This document shows positions 11,537 through 24,640 of a stretch of DNA of 64,000 nucleotides, one piece after another (position 1 is the stretch's first letter; each line of letters begins with the position of its first letter). The notes below the pieces were generated by a model that saw only the letters and a list, made by a program, of their open reading frames with translations, was not told the DNA's origin and searched no databases. Both the position numbers and the translations under genes were made by a program. The stretch is from Vicugna vicugna (lineage: Eukaryota), in contig MU058418.1 of assembly GCA_013265495.1 (NCBI GenBank), forward strand, positions 2,134,917-2,198,916. Direction: 5' to 3'.

Positions 11537-12247
11537 CTGCAGATAACAGAAGAAAAACCTCATCATTCAGGATCATTGGCAAAACTGAATATAAGATCAG
11601 AATCTTAATGTACCATGAAGGAATCTCTAAAGCTAAATTATTTGCTTTATGCCTCATGTAATGGATGTTATTTTCAGTGCTCAGGAGAGCTTTTTACAAA
11701 AGCTTAGTCTTCTTACCATGAATTTTACTCTCTTCCTGTTTTTTCTGTTTTTCTCTACACTGAAATCTTAGAATCATCCCCAGTAGAAAGTGTTTGGGGG
11801 CCTCTGTCTCTCTGCATATATTCATAGAATAGTTTCTGCCAAACTGCTAGTCGAAGAATGGTATTAATTCATTTCACTTTTTATCCCCCTGGCTGTGGGT
11901 GATGTTCAGCATCCAGATATCCATCTCTGTGAACTGCCTAACCATAATCTCTGTGCAATTTTCTGTTAGACTCCTTCTTTTCCTTAACATTCATAGAAAG
12001 TCTTAACCAACCATTATGGATTGCAAATATTTTACCTTGCTATGATTTATCTTTTCACTTCATTTATGGTATCTTCTGCAATATAAAATTTTTATGATGA
12101 AATCTGTTCTCATTGTTTTTAGATTTCCTTTCTTGCTTAAATTAGGTTTTCTCTATCTCAAAGTTATGTTAATATTCTTGTAAAATTTTTTCCACTTTTT
12201 TTTTTACTATTAAAATCTAAAATCCACTGGATTTTATTTTTGTACAT

Positions 12248-12530
12248 TGGCAAAGTTGAACTGTATCTGAGCCTTGTGTTCCCAGAAAGGGATGGTGGGA
12301 GATAAGACCCACCTCCACCCTTTCTCAAGGACTCAGATAAGATCCATTTCCATCTTTTTGCATGATTCCCATTAGACTCGAGGATTTACCTGCCTTGTTT
12401 ACCTGCCTCCATAAAGCCCCGGCCCCCCTTTCTTTTCTTTGAGAAAGTCCTCATTAATGAGCATTCTCCCTGTTGCAATAGTCTGAACAAAATCATCTCC
12501 TTAATTGTCCGGTGCATTTTGTTTTTCATA
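12248..12530 (+). mobile_element. Solo LTR (ERV1-like)
   Basis: Starts with TG; TATA-like cataaa; ctgttgcaatagtctgaacaaaatc poly(A)-signal region; flanked by 4-bp acat/atat; interrupts an old L1. Confidence 0.6.
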
Positions 12531-14903
12531 ATATTGTGCGAGGTTGGGTTCTAAGTGTTTTTCTTCTAGGCAGAAGGAACATTATGCCAGCATTATTAAT
12601 TTAACCATAAATAACCATGTTCTGAACAATGATACATTATGCTTTTCTGCATTTCAGATTCTTTCCTTAAGCTAGATTCTTAAGAGTGGATTTACTAGGT
12701 CTAAGGGTATGAACACTCATAAGGCTAAAGATAAATACACCAGGTCAGATCAGGAAGGAGTCAAGCTAGGATTTGAAGACAGGGGAGAATGAGGACTTGG
12801 CCTTGGATTACTCCTGAAGAAGGATATAAACCAGAAAATGATGCAGTTTAGTTTGCTTCCACCTGCTTTCCTCATGTCTTTTGGAGGAACATTGAATTTT
12901 GGTGGTCTTGGCCTCCCAAGTGAACTGACATCTCAGCCAGGTCAGAGGAAACTAGAATTGTTGCTGGCTCTTGCCTTTTAAGGGTCTCTCTCCCCTCCTA
13001 CCACATATACCAGTACCTGGAATTACCATATAAAGCAGTTATTTTACTGTTTAGCAAGTGTTACCTAGGCCTAAAGTTTAGGTTCTTGGCTTTGAAATTC
13101 TTGCTCTGCTGGCACTAGGACAATCAATTTTTGTCTATGCTTTGCTACAGAGCCTAGAGGTTTTCCACTTCTGGGCTTTTTTGGACAAGCTATTTAAAAA
13201 CCACCCTACTAATTTATATTCCTTTCAGCAGGATATGAGAGTGTTTGCTTTACCATATATACTTGCTGGAATTAAGAATTCTTATTCCTTGTTCATCGTT
13301 TAAAATTTGGTCATGGAAATATTTATTTATTTAGATTAACATTTCTTTATTATCAGTGAAGCTAAACATTTTTACAGGCTTGTTACTCTTTTGTCTTTCA
13401 TTTTTGTGAATTGTCTGTTTATATTTATTGCCCATTTATCCTCAGGAGGGTGAGACCTTACAGGCTTAAAAAAATCATTTCTATGACCTCTTAATATATC
13501 AAAGCTTTAAATCCTTTCTCATACTTGATATGGATATTTTTCTAGTTTGTTGTCTTTTAATTTGGGTGAGGTTTTAAAAAAATTATTTCCAGAAGTTTTA
13601 CATGTAATGAAATTGAAGCTGTCATTTTTTTCCCTTGTGATCTCATCAGTTGTTCAGCTGAACATCTGTTAAGTATTTATCACTCGCCAGACTATGGGCA
13701 CAGCACTGGGCATTGGTGATGCTAGGATGTAAGACCTTGTCCCTATCCTTGAAGAGACCATCTCTGCTTCCCACCCCAACACACTGCCCATGAGTACAGT
13801 TTTCTAATTTTCTGAATCTGATTTTAATTATGCTTTATTTCATACCCAACGCTAGTCACTTAAGAAATACGCAGAATATTTTTGTTGAAGGAGAAAGTAC
13901 ATTATAGATAGACATGTAAATTACCCTTAAGAAGCTATGTTTAAAGGCCAGGGATAGAAGAGGAAGAAGGGAGGAATCAAAGTCATACCTAAGAAAAGAA
14001 AAATACTAAATTACTATGCTGTATACCTGAAACTAACACAATATTGTAAACCAACTACAGTTAAAAAAAGAAAACATCTAATTTAGTTCTCATGGGAGGG
14101 GTGTAGACAATGGGAATTAAAATGATCTACTCGTCTCTAAAAATATATAAACATTATAAAACATCATGAAATAAATTCTTCTAGTTTCTCTATTAAACAG
14201 GAAGAGGCAACTTCTTTGTCTTTGTAGTTCTATCACTGATTATGGTATCTGGCCAAATACTAGACAATAAATATTTGCTGAATAAATCTCCAACACAAAT
14301 TGGGCAGAGTCTGCCCTGGATTTTTAACCACAAAAATATGCTTTTCAATAATCATAATTTTAGTAAGCATACTTTAAAAATGCTAATCATTTTAATTAAA
14401 ACTTTCCTATTACAATGTATAATGGCCTTAGCATGTTTACATATAATCAACTTTGAATGGGATAGCCAGAGAAGCCAGTTTGGGATAGCTCTTCTTTAGA
14501 CTGCAATTTAACTAAATTAAACAATTCCTTTTCGAATAAAAGATGCACCTTAAGTGCATATTTGTTTTGATAAAACCATAAATTATGGATTGAAAATGTT
14601 TTTACAGAATAGTCTCTTAACATGGGCTTTCTAACCTTCAACCACAAATAAATTCCCCTAGTGACTTTTGAAAAATGCAATTCATTTATCACTTTTCAGC
14701 AACATTGCTGCTTTGTAAGAGTGAAATAATACTGGTCTGTGAAACAGCTTTTGGGATGAAGCCTTATTTTGACAGCATTCTACCAAGCTCAAGAGGAGGA
14801 GAATTGGACAGATAATACATGAGGTGAAGAAATGTGAAGGCTGTTTAGCTAGGGATAAAACAAAATTGACATTCCCATTTTTCAGCATACATCTTGTTCT
14901 TAC

Positions 14904-15032
14904 TTCTAAAGGATGCAGAATTATATCCTTATAAAGTTTAACAGTGTGCTCGATATTTTCCAGATAATCCTCAGGCCTTTGAACTAGATGTTGAAGAATT
15001 TCAGCCACCATCTGCATTTCAGCAATAAATGC
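14904..15032 (-). CDS. AK9: AK9 coding exon 7 (129 nt)
   Basis: AFIAEMQMVAEILQHLVQRPEDYLENIEHTVKLYKDIILHPLE; overlaps track ORF 14682..15017; GTAAGA donor. Confidence 0.95.
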
Positions 15033-16419
15033 CTAAATGGAAAGAGATGTTAAATGTCTTTATGTTAACGATTACTTCATTTACAAGTCATACCCCTCCC
15101 TCCCTATACTTAGATGCCATTTTGGGGTGAGAAGCAGGGAGAAGGGAAGATGAGAAACTGAGGATTTTTATTTTAGAAAGATTGAACACCCCGGAGGGGT
15201 CTTTATCAGATGGAATAAAGCTTTAAATTGACTTGGATACTTGTTAATTTCTTTTTGCTCCCCAGTAAGTAGGGAAGAACAACCAGATTTTTAGAGACAG
15301 AATAAAGAAATTAGATTTTCTCTGAATACCTAAGCTTGTAGCTCATTGATTCATTCACTTAGTAATGATTGATTAAGTGCCTACTCTGTGCCAGACACTG
15401 TTCTAGGAACTTGAGATACAACAAAGAACAAAACTAAGACCCTGGGGCTCTTAGAGCTCACATCCCAGTTGGGGAAGACGAAGCATAACTAAGTAGACAA
15501 GTAGATACATCACAGTTAAGGCGGTGGTAGTAAGAGCTAGGAAGAAAGATGAGGCAGGGGAGAGGAGATAGAGAGTGATGGGAGAAGGTGGTCACAAAAG
15601 GGTTCTCTGAAGAAGTGACATTGAGTAGAGACACAGATTTCTGAAGAAAGAACATTTCAAGGCAGAGGGAATAGTATGTGCAGTTCTCAGCCCAAGACCT
15701 GCTAGGCATTCAGTATTATATTTATTATCCTACTATTGTCATCACAGTTATTATCTTAATTATTAATCATTTCTAGTTTTTATCAATACACAGGCATCCA
15801 TATTTTATACAATTTGAATTGTATTATTATATAAGCCATTTCATAACCTGTTTGAAATGTTTTAAAATACTACTTGCACGGTCAAATAATACATTAACAG
15901 CCCTAAATATACAATTGTTTATTTTTCTGTATTTTTTCTTTTTTGCAGGGAGGTAATTAGGTTTATCTCTTTCTTCATCCCCCCACAATTGCTTAATCAT
16001 TATTCTGTAGTTGGACAAGAATGTTTCACAATTCTAAATAATGTTTCACTGAATAGCTTTGTAGATAAGTCTTTATATTGCTAACATTTTCCCTTAGAAT
16101 AGTTCCTAAAAGTAGAATCACTGGACCAAAGATTGCACATTTCAAAGTGGCTTAATATACGGTATCTTTTCCAAAAGACGCTAATGTTCTTTTCTCTCTA
16201 GCAGAGGGCTTTGGTAGCACACTCCTGCATTCAGTCAGTATATAACTTCTTATTAAGCACCTACTATATGCCAAGCCTGTTACAGGCACAGGGGATACAG
16301 TCCCTGCTGCATACAGCTTCCATTCTTTGGATAGACATATAATAAGCAAGTAAACAAATAAGATAATTTCAGAAAGTAAGTACTGTGAGAGAAATAAAGC
16401 AGGGTAAAAGGTTAGATTT

Positions 16420-16695
16420 GTGTCGTCCAGTGTGGTACTAGCTACAGGTACAGGTACTAGCATACTAGAAGTGTGGTAAGTGCGAATCCAATGTGCTGTG
16501 AGTGTCAAATACACACCAGATTACAAAAACTTAGCATGGAAAAGGAATGTACTGCTTTTAGAATTTTTCTGTTGATTTTATGTTGAAATAAAATTTTGGA
16601 TATATGGTATTATATAAAACATATTATTAAAGATGACTTTCACCTGTTTCTTTTTACTTTTTAAAAAAGTGGCTATGAACATATTTAAAGTCATG
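16420..16695. mobile_element. MER33-like hAT-Charlie element
   Basis: gtgtcaaatacacaccagatt...aaacttagcatg...tttcacctgtttctttttactttt...gtggcta. Confidence 0.65.
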
Positions 16696-17477
16696 TAAGG
16701 CAGGAATTTGTTTCTGGTTTAGAGAGTCGCTTGCTGGCTGGTCTCTGAGGATGTCATCTGTAGGGTAGGGTGGAGTGATGAGTAGAAGCAGGCGCATGAA
16801 GAAGCTCTGGAAAAGCATGTGGTAGGCAGAGGGATTAGGAAACAGCCAGAGCAAAGGCTGGAGGTGCTACTGAGTTCAGCACAGTTGAAGCCTAGCGGGA
16901 AAGCCAACGCAGCTGGAATCCAGTGAGCAGACTGGGAGATGAGACCAGAGAGGCTGGGTCCATGGTTTTGTAAACCATGTGAGGGTGTTTGGATTTTCAT
17001 CAACAGGTAATAGAAAGTCACAGACAGTCAAATTTTTTTTTTTTTAATGGAATGGAGTGGGAAGGGAAGGGTTGAGGAAAGTGGAAGCCAAGAGAACATT
17101 ATTAAAGTTATTTCAGCAGTTCAGAGAGATTGCTCTCATTGTGTGTACAGAAGGTGAACATGTTCACTTGATTATTAGCCCTCAACCCAACTGGGTGGCA
17201 GGCTTGTCTGTCTGACTTATGACCATGGCTATTCTGCTAGGCAGAGATCACAGGAAACCAGGCCCCTGGGGCAGAATCCAATCTGAAGACATAATATGCT
17301 TATCTTTCCCGCTTATCTTTGGATAAGCTGCCAACTACTTTTATGTTAAAACACTGATTTTGGCTTCTCTGGAAAATCCAGACTACCTGATAAAAATAGG
17401 CTAGCATTTCCACATGGCAAAAGTGGGCTGGGCTGGAGCCGAGAGGCAGCTGTCCCCTAAAGAAGGACACATACTCT

Positions 17478-17678
17478 CCAGCTGTCCAATGGAACATTCT
17501 TCAGCAATGGAAACGTTCTGTGTCTGTGCTCTTCAGTTTGGAAGACACAGCAATATTTAGTCACTGAGCACTTGAAATGATGCTTGTGCTACTAAGGAAC
17601 TTAATTTTAAATTTTATATAGTTAGAATTAATTGAAATCTATATAGGGCTAGTGACTACCATATTGGATGGTGCAGTC
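17478..17678. mobile_element. MER3-like hAT-Charlie MITE
   Basis: gctgtccaatggaacattc...ctgagcacttgaaatg...actaccatattggatggtgcag with inverted termini. Confidence 0.7.
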
Positions 17679-18029
17679 CTAGCCTACCCTGGTCCTCACT
17701 CTTTCCAATTAATGTCTGGTGGACATCACAGTTTGACATAACTGTGACGTCTGTAACTGAGTTGTGACCCCTCAATCTCACTATTTTTGATTTATAATGG
17801 TATTCGTTATTCGTGCTAAAATGACACACTTTTATTCCTATTTGCTATGAGGTTTGCCCTTTTAAAAATATCTGGAACAGATGCTGGGCATTATCTAATG
17901 CCTTAATTGCACAGGGAAGATTGTTTTGTTTTTAAATGGGCTTTCTTATATTAACAGGTTTTTTAAATAGAGATGTAATTGACATGTAACATTACATTTA
18001 TTTCAGGTGTACAATATAATGATTCAATA

Positions 18030-18237
18030 CAGCTGACCTTCGAGCAATGTGAGTTTGAACTGTGCAGGTCCACTCATAGGAGGATATTTTTCAATAGTAA
18101 ATACTACAGTACTACATGATCTGCCATTGGTAGGATACAAAACCATGGATATGGAGGACTGACAGTAAAGTTAACTTGTATTTTCAACTGCATGTAGGGT
18201 CAGTGCCCCAACCCTGGAGTTGTTCAAGGGTCAGCTG
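18030..18237. mobile_element. MER8-like Tigger MITE inserted in an L1 3' end
   Basis: TIRs CAGCTGACCTTCGAGCAA...TTGTTCAAGGGTCAGCTG flanked by a TA duplication; the host L1 fragment (~17958-18340, minus) resumes on both sides. Confidence 0.8.
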
Positions 18238-19099
18238 TATTTGTATAATTGTGAAATGATCACAATAAGTCTAGTTAACATCCATCATCATACAGTTACA
18301 ATTTTTTTCTTATGATGAGAACTTTTAAGATCTACTCTTAAATGAGAGAACAGATGTCAAAAATTCATTTAACTCATTAGTGAGGGAACTAGCAGGATGA
18401 TAAAGCTGAAGTATATATAATCCCTGAAATAAGATTGCAAACTTAATAATAAGATTAAACAAGGCTGCTTAATATCCTACAGGGCAGTAAAAATGTAGCC
18501 TTTGGGTCTCATCTTGTCTACTAGGCAAATGATTTGCATTGTAGCCATCTATAAAATTAACATCTGACTTCACAGAGTCTAGGCCTAATAGAAATACTAT
18601 TTCTTTATGATAATTTATAAATTATAGCAATTATTTAATTTCTGTATTTCATGAGAGCGAAGACTGCTCCCACCTCAGGGGACCAAATCCAGCCCATCAC
18701 CCATTAACAGATTTCTTAATATCAAATTTCCTCATTAAGTCATGGTAGAAGATTCTTTCAAGGCCCTATTGCATTATGCTTACTAGCACTGACTTTAGTC
18801 TAGCTTGCATCATGCTTGACACATTGTAGGTGACCAGTAACTCTATTGCTGTGAAATGAAGCAGATTAGCTGTCAGTGTATGGAGGGACTTCTATACCGA
18901 CAAGAAGATTAAACTTGATGACCTCCAGATGATGATCTAATAGTTCTTAAAAATATGAAATATTTTTGTATTTCCTCCAGACTAAATAAAAATTTAAAGA
19001 AACTGTAATTTTCTCTAGTATCTGCTATTTTCTATCAATCATGTTATCCTTTTAATTATAGTAAATTTAAAAAATTTATTATCCAGAACGGGATATTAC

Positions 19100-19288
19100 C
19101 TCTTCTTCTTCTTGCTCTTCTTCCTCTTCCCCGTCCTCTTCTCCTTTTCCTTCCTTTTGGGCATCTTTCTTCTTTTTCCTACGTTTCTCAATGACTTCAG
19201 GATCCCACTGATCACTTGTGTATATGTATCCTGTAGTATCATGCTGCCTTTGCCCAGAAATTCTTTGGCATAAATCATAGTCAGGGCA
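19100..19288 (-). CDS. AK9: AK9 coding exon 6 (189 nt)
   Basis: CPDYDLCQRISGQRQHDTTGYIYTSDQWDPEVIEKRRKKKKDAQKEGKGEEDGEEEEEQEEEE; AG/GT boundaries, phase 0. Confidence 0.95.
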
Positions 19289-20320
19289 CTAAGGAACATT
19301 AGCGATCACTTAAAACATTTTGAATATGCCTTTACCTCCTATTCATATATTATGCAATACATAAACCTCAAAATTCCTTAAAGCCCTGAGCAAATGCTAT
19401 ACTGTAAATTGCATTTTGAATTAGATTTCATGTTCATTAGAAACATGCCAAGAGAGGCACAAGATACAACTTTTATCCTATGACAACATGTTTCTTTGCT
19501 CAAAAATAATATACATGAGAAAGTATCAAAAGCTCTAAGATTAAAAAAAGGATTAGAAGAAGAGCAGAAAGAGCTATAGGATTGAAAATTAGTTTAGTCA
19601 GCAAAGGTACACAGGAGGACTCTGTCAGATTAGTTTGAAAAGGCTGGGAATGGACAAAAATGGAGGAATATCCACATTTTTCCAACAAAAAGTGAGGTAT
19701 TTATAGTATTTACTATTATTTACAGCTTTATGAGTGAAGAATTTCATAAAATAGCGTCATGGATGGGACATTATCTATTCTACTCTGACGTTTTTGTTTT
19801 GTAAAAGAGAAAACTTGAGTCTGGGTAGTAAAAAAGGCCAAAACCAAAGTCTACAAGTAATTTTCTTGTTTCAAGTGCTTCCACATGTTTAATATTTTAC
19901 TCAATTCTTAAACTAACTCAGTAAAAGAGCTAATCCAATATTATGATTAAAACCATTTTGCAGATCAGAGAAGGACTTCTCTGGCAGGTTAAGGATCTGG
20001 TCTCAGATCACAATGTCATGAGGGGAAACTACCACTCAGAATCAGGCCTTCTGAGCCCCAGCTCTGTCACACATTATTAATGATAAACTAAGGTTTTGAG
20101 CTATAATCCTGCTTTTAAAACTCTGGGCGACACTCTCTGGTAGTGGTTCTCAGACATTAGGGTGTAATTGTATACAGAGAGCCATAAGTAAAGATGTCTG
20201 CTTCCCCAGTAATTTATTAAGTCTGGAGTGAGGCTCAGACATCTAACAAGCATCCTTGGTAATTCTGATTCTGACAGTTCATGGGGCACAATTTTGAGAA
20301 ACAAGGATGCAAGGAACTTT

Positions 20321-20443
20321 ATTTTATTGGGGGGGATTAGCTTAATTAATTAATTTGAATGGAGGCACTGGGGATTGAACCCATGACCTTGAGCATGCTA
20401 GGCATGCACTCTACCACTGAACTATACCCTCCCCTGCCCCCCA
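20321..20443 (-). mobile_element. tRNA-derived SINE (Vic-1-like)
   Basis: ggaggcactggggattgaacccatgacc...gcatgcactctaccactgaactataccctcccc; degenerate TSD gcaaggaact/gcaagaaact. Confidence 0.88.
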
Positions 20444-22649
20444 GAAGCAAGAAACTCTAGTGCTTTTCATGCTCATTTTCCGATTTCTTCAGACCACCTC
20501 TAGATGGAGATAGGATGGGTACTTACTGAGGCAATATTTTGGGCTTCTTTCTTCTTTTTCTTAAGAAAAAGGCTTTTCTACAAGAAAGCCTAGTTAGGCT
20601 GTCTAATTTTTCATGAAAAAGATTTCAACCCATTCTGGTAATTTATTTAAAAAAATGTGTATTTGCATGCATTTGTATGTTTTGGCAATGAAGAATACCC
20701 ACCTTGTGGGTTCTTGACAAAGACTGTTACCTTCAGCTGTCTCCTGTTTTCACTTGTAAGAAGTGATTAATTAATCTGAGGGTGAATCTGGGGGCTGTGC
20801 CTCAGAGCATTGGTTCTCAAACTTCAGTGAGCATCAGAGTCACCTGCAGTGCTTTTCAACACAGACAACTGGACACCACCCCCAGAGTTTCTGTAGTTCT
20901 GGGGTGGGCCCTGAGAATCTGCATTTCTAACAACTTCTTAAGTGCCACTAATGCAGTTGGCTAATGCAAAGTAGGACCAAACTCTTGAGAACCCCTGCTA
21001 TACTAGATCACTGGCCCTTAACCTTTTTTGGTTTTTTTGGTTTGTTTTGGGAGTACAGACCCCTTCAGAACATGATGAAAGCCATAGGCTTTTGCTTCAG
21101 AAAAATGCCCATACACATAAAATTTGCATTTAATTTTAGGAGGTTCACAGATGCTTAAGGATTCATGGATCCCAAGCCAGAAACATCTGCTTTAGAAATC
21201 CCAGACTTTATCCCCAGTAAGGCCAAACCATCAGAGCAGTGTGTGCTGTACTGAGTTCTGTCTCATATTCAGCCCTCTGATTATGCCCTGGCTGCCTGTG
21301 GAAACTGCCATGGACACCCAGTATCACACTTCTGTGGAGTTACGGGTTTCATTCTCTACATTAACAATCCATATGGAAGACAGTTCTCTCATTTTGTTTT
21401 TCCTGGTGAATGGCTTGTCTTTTTGTGGACAATGTGAATTTATATATCTGGTCACATTTCCCCTCGGTTCATCAAACTTAGAACCAAATTTATGACCCAA
21501 ATTTAGTGAGTATCTGGGTCCTTGTGGCCTGTATATCTGTGTGTTCTTGTTCCACTAGGTCTTAATTTCCTATATAATCTATATTTTCCATGGCCTAGGC
21601 TTTATATTTGGTTTCAGTTAATTGAGACTTTTTTCTTCTCTCCATTATATGCACTTTCACATGTTCACATGGGTGACATGCTCAAGGTTGTACATTGGCC
21701 TCTGACCATGACCTGTGGCTGGGGCTGCAGATGACACCACACTCAGCACTGCACACCACCCCTCTCTCACAGCTGGCACTAACATGCCACTGAGTCCCAG
21801 CGTCTGAGCTGAGAACCATCTAATTTATTTTGAGTTATCAAACCCTTTGGTGAGTCAGACAGGGTATTATAAAAGCTTATCATTCATTTTCAAATAAACA
21901 AGTGATCCTCACCTCACTGCATTCTTACCACACTCCTATGAGGCAGCTATCTTTGTATCATCTTTGTAAAGAGGAAATTGAGGCTCCTAAATGTGATTTA
22001 CCAAATTCTACAGTTGATAAAGGAGAGAATTCAGAACAGGACCCAGTATTGATTCTTAACTAATCTAGCATTGTTCTTTAACATTCATACATCCAAATCA
22101 TTTGTTCATTCTTTCATTTTACTTAGCTGGCAAACTTATTAGGTATCTACTCAGTACCATTTATTGCACAAGTTGATGTTTATAGGAGTAAAACATGGTT
22201 CCTGCCTTCAAATAAGGCAGAATCTAGAAGGAAAACGGACAATTACAATACAGTGAAGTAATATGATGGAAAAGAGCAACATGAATGGTCATCAGAGAAG
22301 TATTTAACTTTCCTGTGGTGAGTCAGGTGTAGGGGATAAGGAGAGAGAGACACGGAATGAGACTAAGTTAATGCTTGTGTTAGTGTAGAAGGGCTGGTCA
22401 TCAGGGAAAGTTCTGCAGAGATGATGCATGAACTGACTTTCGAAGGATGGTGAAGAGACAAGGAGGTGTTTCCTATGGTTGGAGCTGTAGGTGCAAAAGC
22501 ACAGAGGTATGAGAAAATAGAATTCAGTCCCCATCATTGATGCATGAATTATTTTCCTAACTCCTTAAAAAATTTGAAAACATTCCTTGAATTTAACTAC
22601 TATCAAAGAGAATGATTAACTATACTAGAAAGACAACTAATATTCTTAC

Positions 22650-22762
22650 CTTAATATTGATTATAATATCAGGTTTCAAATTTAACTTTCTAATTAATTC
22701 TATTTGCTGCAAAGTAGTCATGGCATCCTGTGAAAGTGATGGCATTTCAGTGATAATATAGC
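22650..22762 (-). CDS. AK9: AK9 coding exon 5 (113 nt)
   Basis: (G)YIITEMPSLSQDAMTTLQQIELIRKLNLKPDIIINIK; ctacag acceptor, GTAAGA donor. Confidence 0.95.
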
Positions 22763-23534
22763 CTGTAGAGTAAAATATAATTTTAAAGGTTTATCAATAT
22801 ATGAGAACATGGGTTTATTATTACTGCTTTATAAAACTATCATCTAGTTATTGATGAATACTAATGCTGGTCTTAAAATCATCAGTCAACATTTTAAAAT
22901 TGATAGTTAAAGTTATTACCACATGTAGTATAACTGTGAATAATGTTTTTCTGATAATAAATAAAACCACTCAGCTAGGAGGAAACATCTTTAAAAATTC
23001 CAAATCAATTTATTTTAGGCACTTGAGGTGCCTATGGAAGGAAATTCCATGTCAATAATTCTTTCAACTCATGTTAGGAAAGTTCATATGATGAATAGTA
23101 AAGGTATAGTATAGGGGTTGCATGGGGTATTATTTTTCTTTCTTGAATTAATATTTAATAATATAATTGAATATATATGTATATAATTGAATATATATGT
23201 ATATAATGTTTATGTAAGTTATAGAGAGTAATAATATACCCATGTACCCCTCATACATTTTAAGAAACAGAACATTATCAATGTGATTTTGGCTTAGCAC
23301 ATTTATTGGCTTACATCCCTCCTCAGAAACCTAAATCTTCTCATTAAAATTCACCCTGGATACCATCATCATATTAATTTCCTTATTATATTTCTTTAAT
23401 TATGTCACTCTCTTGCTTGAGAAACCTTTCTCTTGTTAATAGAATAAAGTCTCAACTCCTTTACTGGAAATTAAAGGCCTTCAACCAATTTTTCTCCTGT
23501 TTTAATAGGACATTTTTTCTGGGAGGAACAACTG

Positions 23535-24430
23535 ACAGACAAACTATGGTTATTCAACTTTGACTTTTAACAAACACTTTATAAAAAGTGAATGGAGTGA
23601 GGCTGTCACTTCAAGGACAACTGACAGTACTTGTTGCTAATTAAAATTCAAGTGAAAAGTTAAATTTTGGAAAACGTGTATCCATCGCTATAAACTAAAC
23701 AGCTACCCAATTCTTAAAGCTTTTCCTGATATTAGTGATGACATTAACAAATGTGACTTTTTGATAATGTATAATGAAATGCGTCAAAATTTGAAAGATC
23801 TGCAAAACTCAGTGAACCAGTATTTTCCAAATGACCAACGGATGGTGCCCCCAAATTCTGCATGGGTACAAGACCCATTCTAGGTGCCAGAGGGACCAAT
23901 GGATTTTAATGTAACAGATTTTGAAAAGTTCATTGACATGGTTTCCAATTCCACAGTGCAACCAAACTTTAAGAAACTTCCCCTTATAGAGTTTTGGTGT
24001 CGGATCAAGAATATCCACTTATTCTAAAGGCCATTAAAATACTCCTCCCTTTTCCAACTACATGTCTGTGTGAAACTGGATTTTCTTCATATACTTCAAC
24101 AAAAACAACTTATTGCAACAGACTGAACAGAAGGTGTGGGATTCCAGCTAGGTCTTCTCTTAAGCCAGACATTAAAAAGATTTGCAAATATGTGAAACAA
24201 TACCACTCCTCCCACTAAATTTTTTGTTTTGAAGAATTTGTTTTTCAGAAAACATGCTATTAATGTTAACATGCAGTGATTTTATTATTTTAAGGAAAAG
24301 TTTATACTTTTTTTAGTTTTAATTTCTAATATGATAAATACAGACAGATAAAAACAAAAGCTCTTTTGGGGCCTCAACAATTCTTGTAAGTGTAAAGGAG
24401 TCTTGAGACCCAAAAGTTTGAGAAATGCTA
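23535..24430 (+). mobile_element. Charlie1-like hAT DNA transposon, 3' part
   Basis: Track ORF 23994..24218 (KAIKILLPFPTTCLCETGFSSYTSTKTTYCNRLN) is the hAT dimerisation motif; terminal gagacccaaaagtttgagaa. Confidence 0.85.
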
Positions 24431-24474
24431 TCATATACAATGCCTAAAATTGTGTAATTAAAGAAGTTACAGTT

Positions 24475-24640
24475 GAGGGAGGGTATAGCTCAGTGCTGGA
24501 GGGCATGCCTAGGATGCACAAAGTCCTGGGTTCAAGCTCCAATAAAAGTAAATAAATAAATCTAATTACCTCTCTCCCAAAAAAAACCAAAAATAAATTT
24601 AAAATAAAATTTTAAAAAATGTTAAAAAAAATTTTTAAAA
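24475..24640 (+). mobile_element. tRNA-derived SINE (Vic-1-like)
   Basis: gagggagggtatagctcagtg...gtcctgggttcaa, taattacctc tail, A-rich end, aagttac duplication. Confidence 0.85.

Noticed and set aside
19096..19299. Lys/Arg-rich 67-aa ORF
   Set aside because: Alternative frame of the true AK9 exon 19100-19288.
23994..24218. hAT dimerisation-domain ORF as a domesticated ZBED/SCAND-type gene
   Set aside because: Short, frameshifted remnant inside a Charlie1-like fossil, with no splice context.
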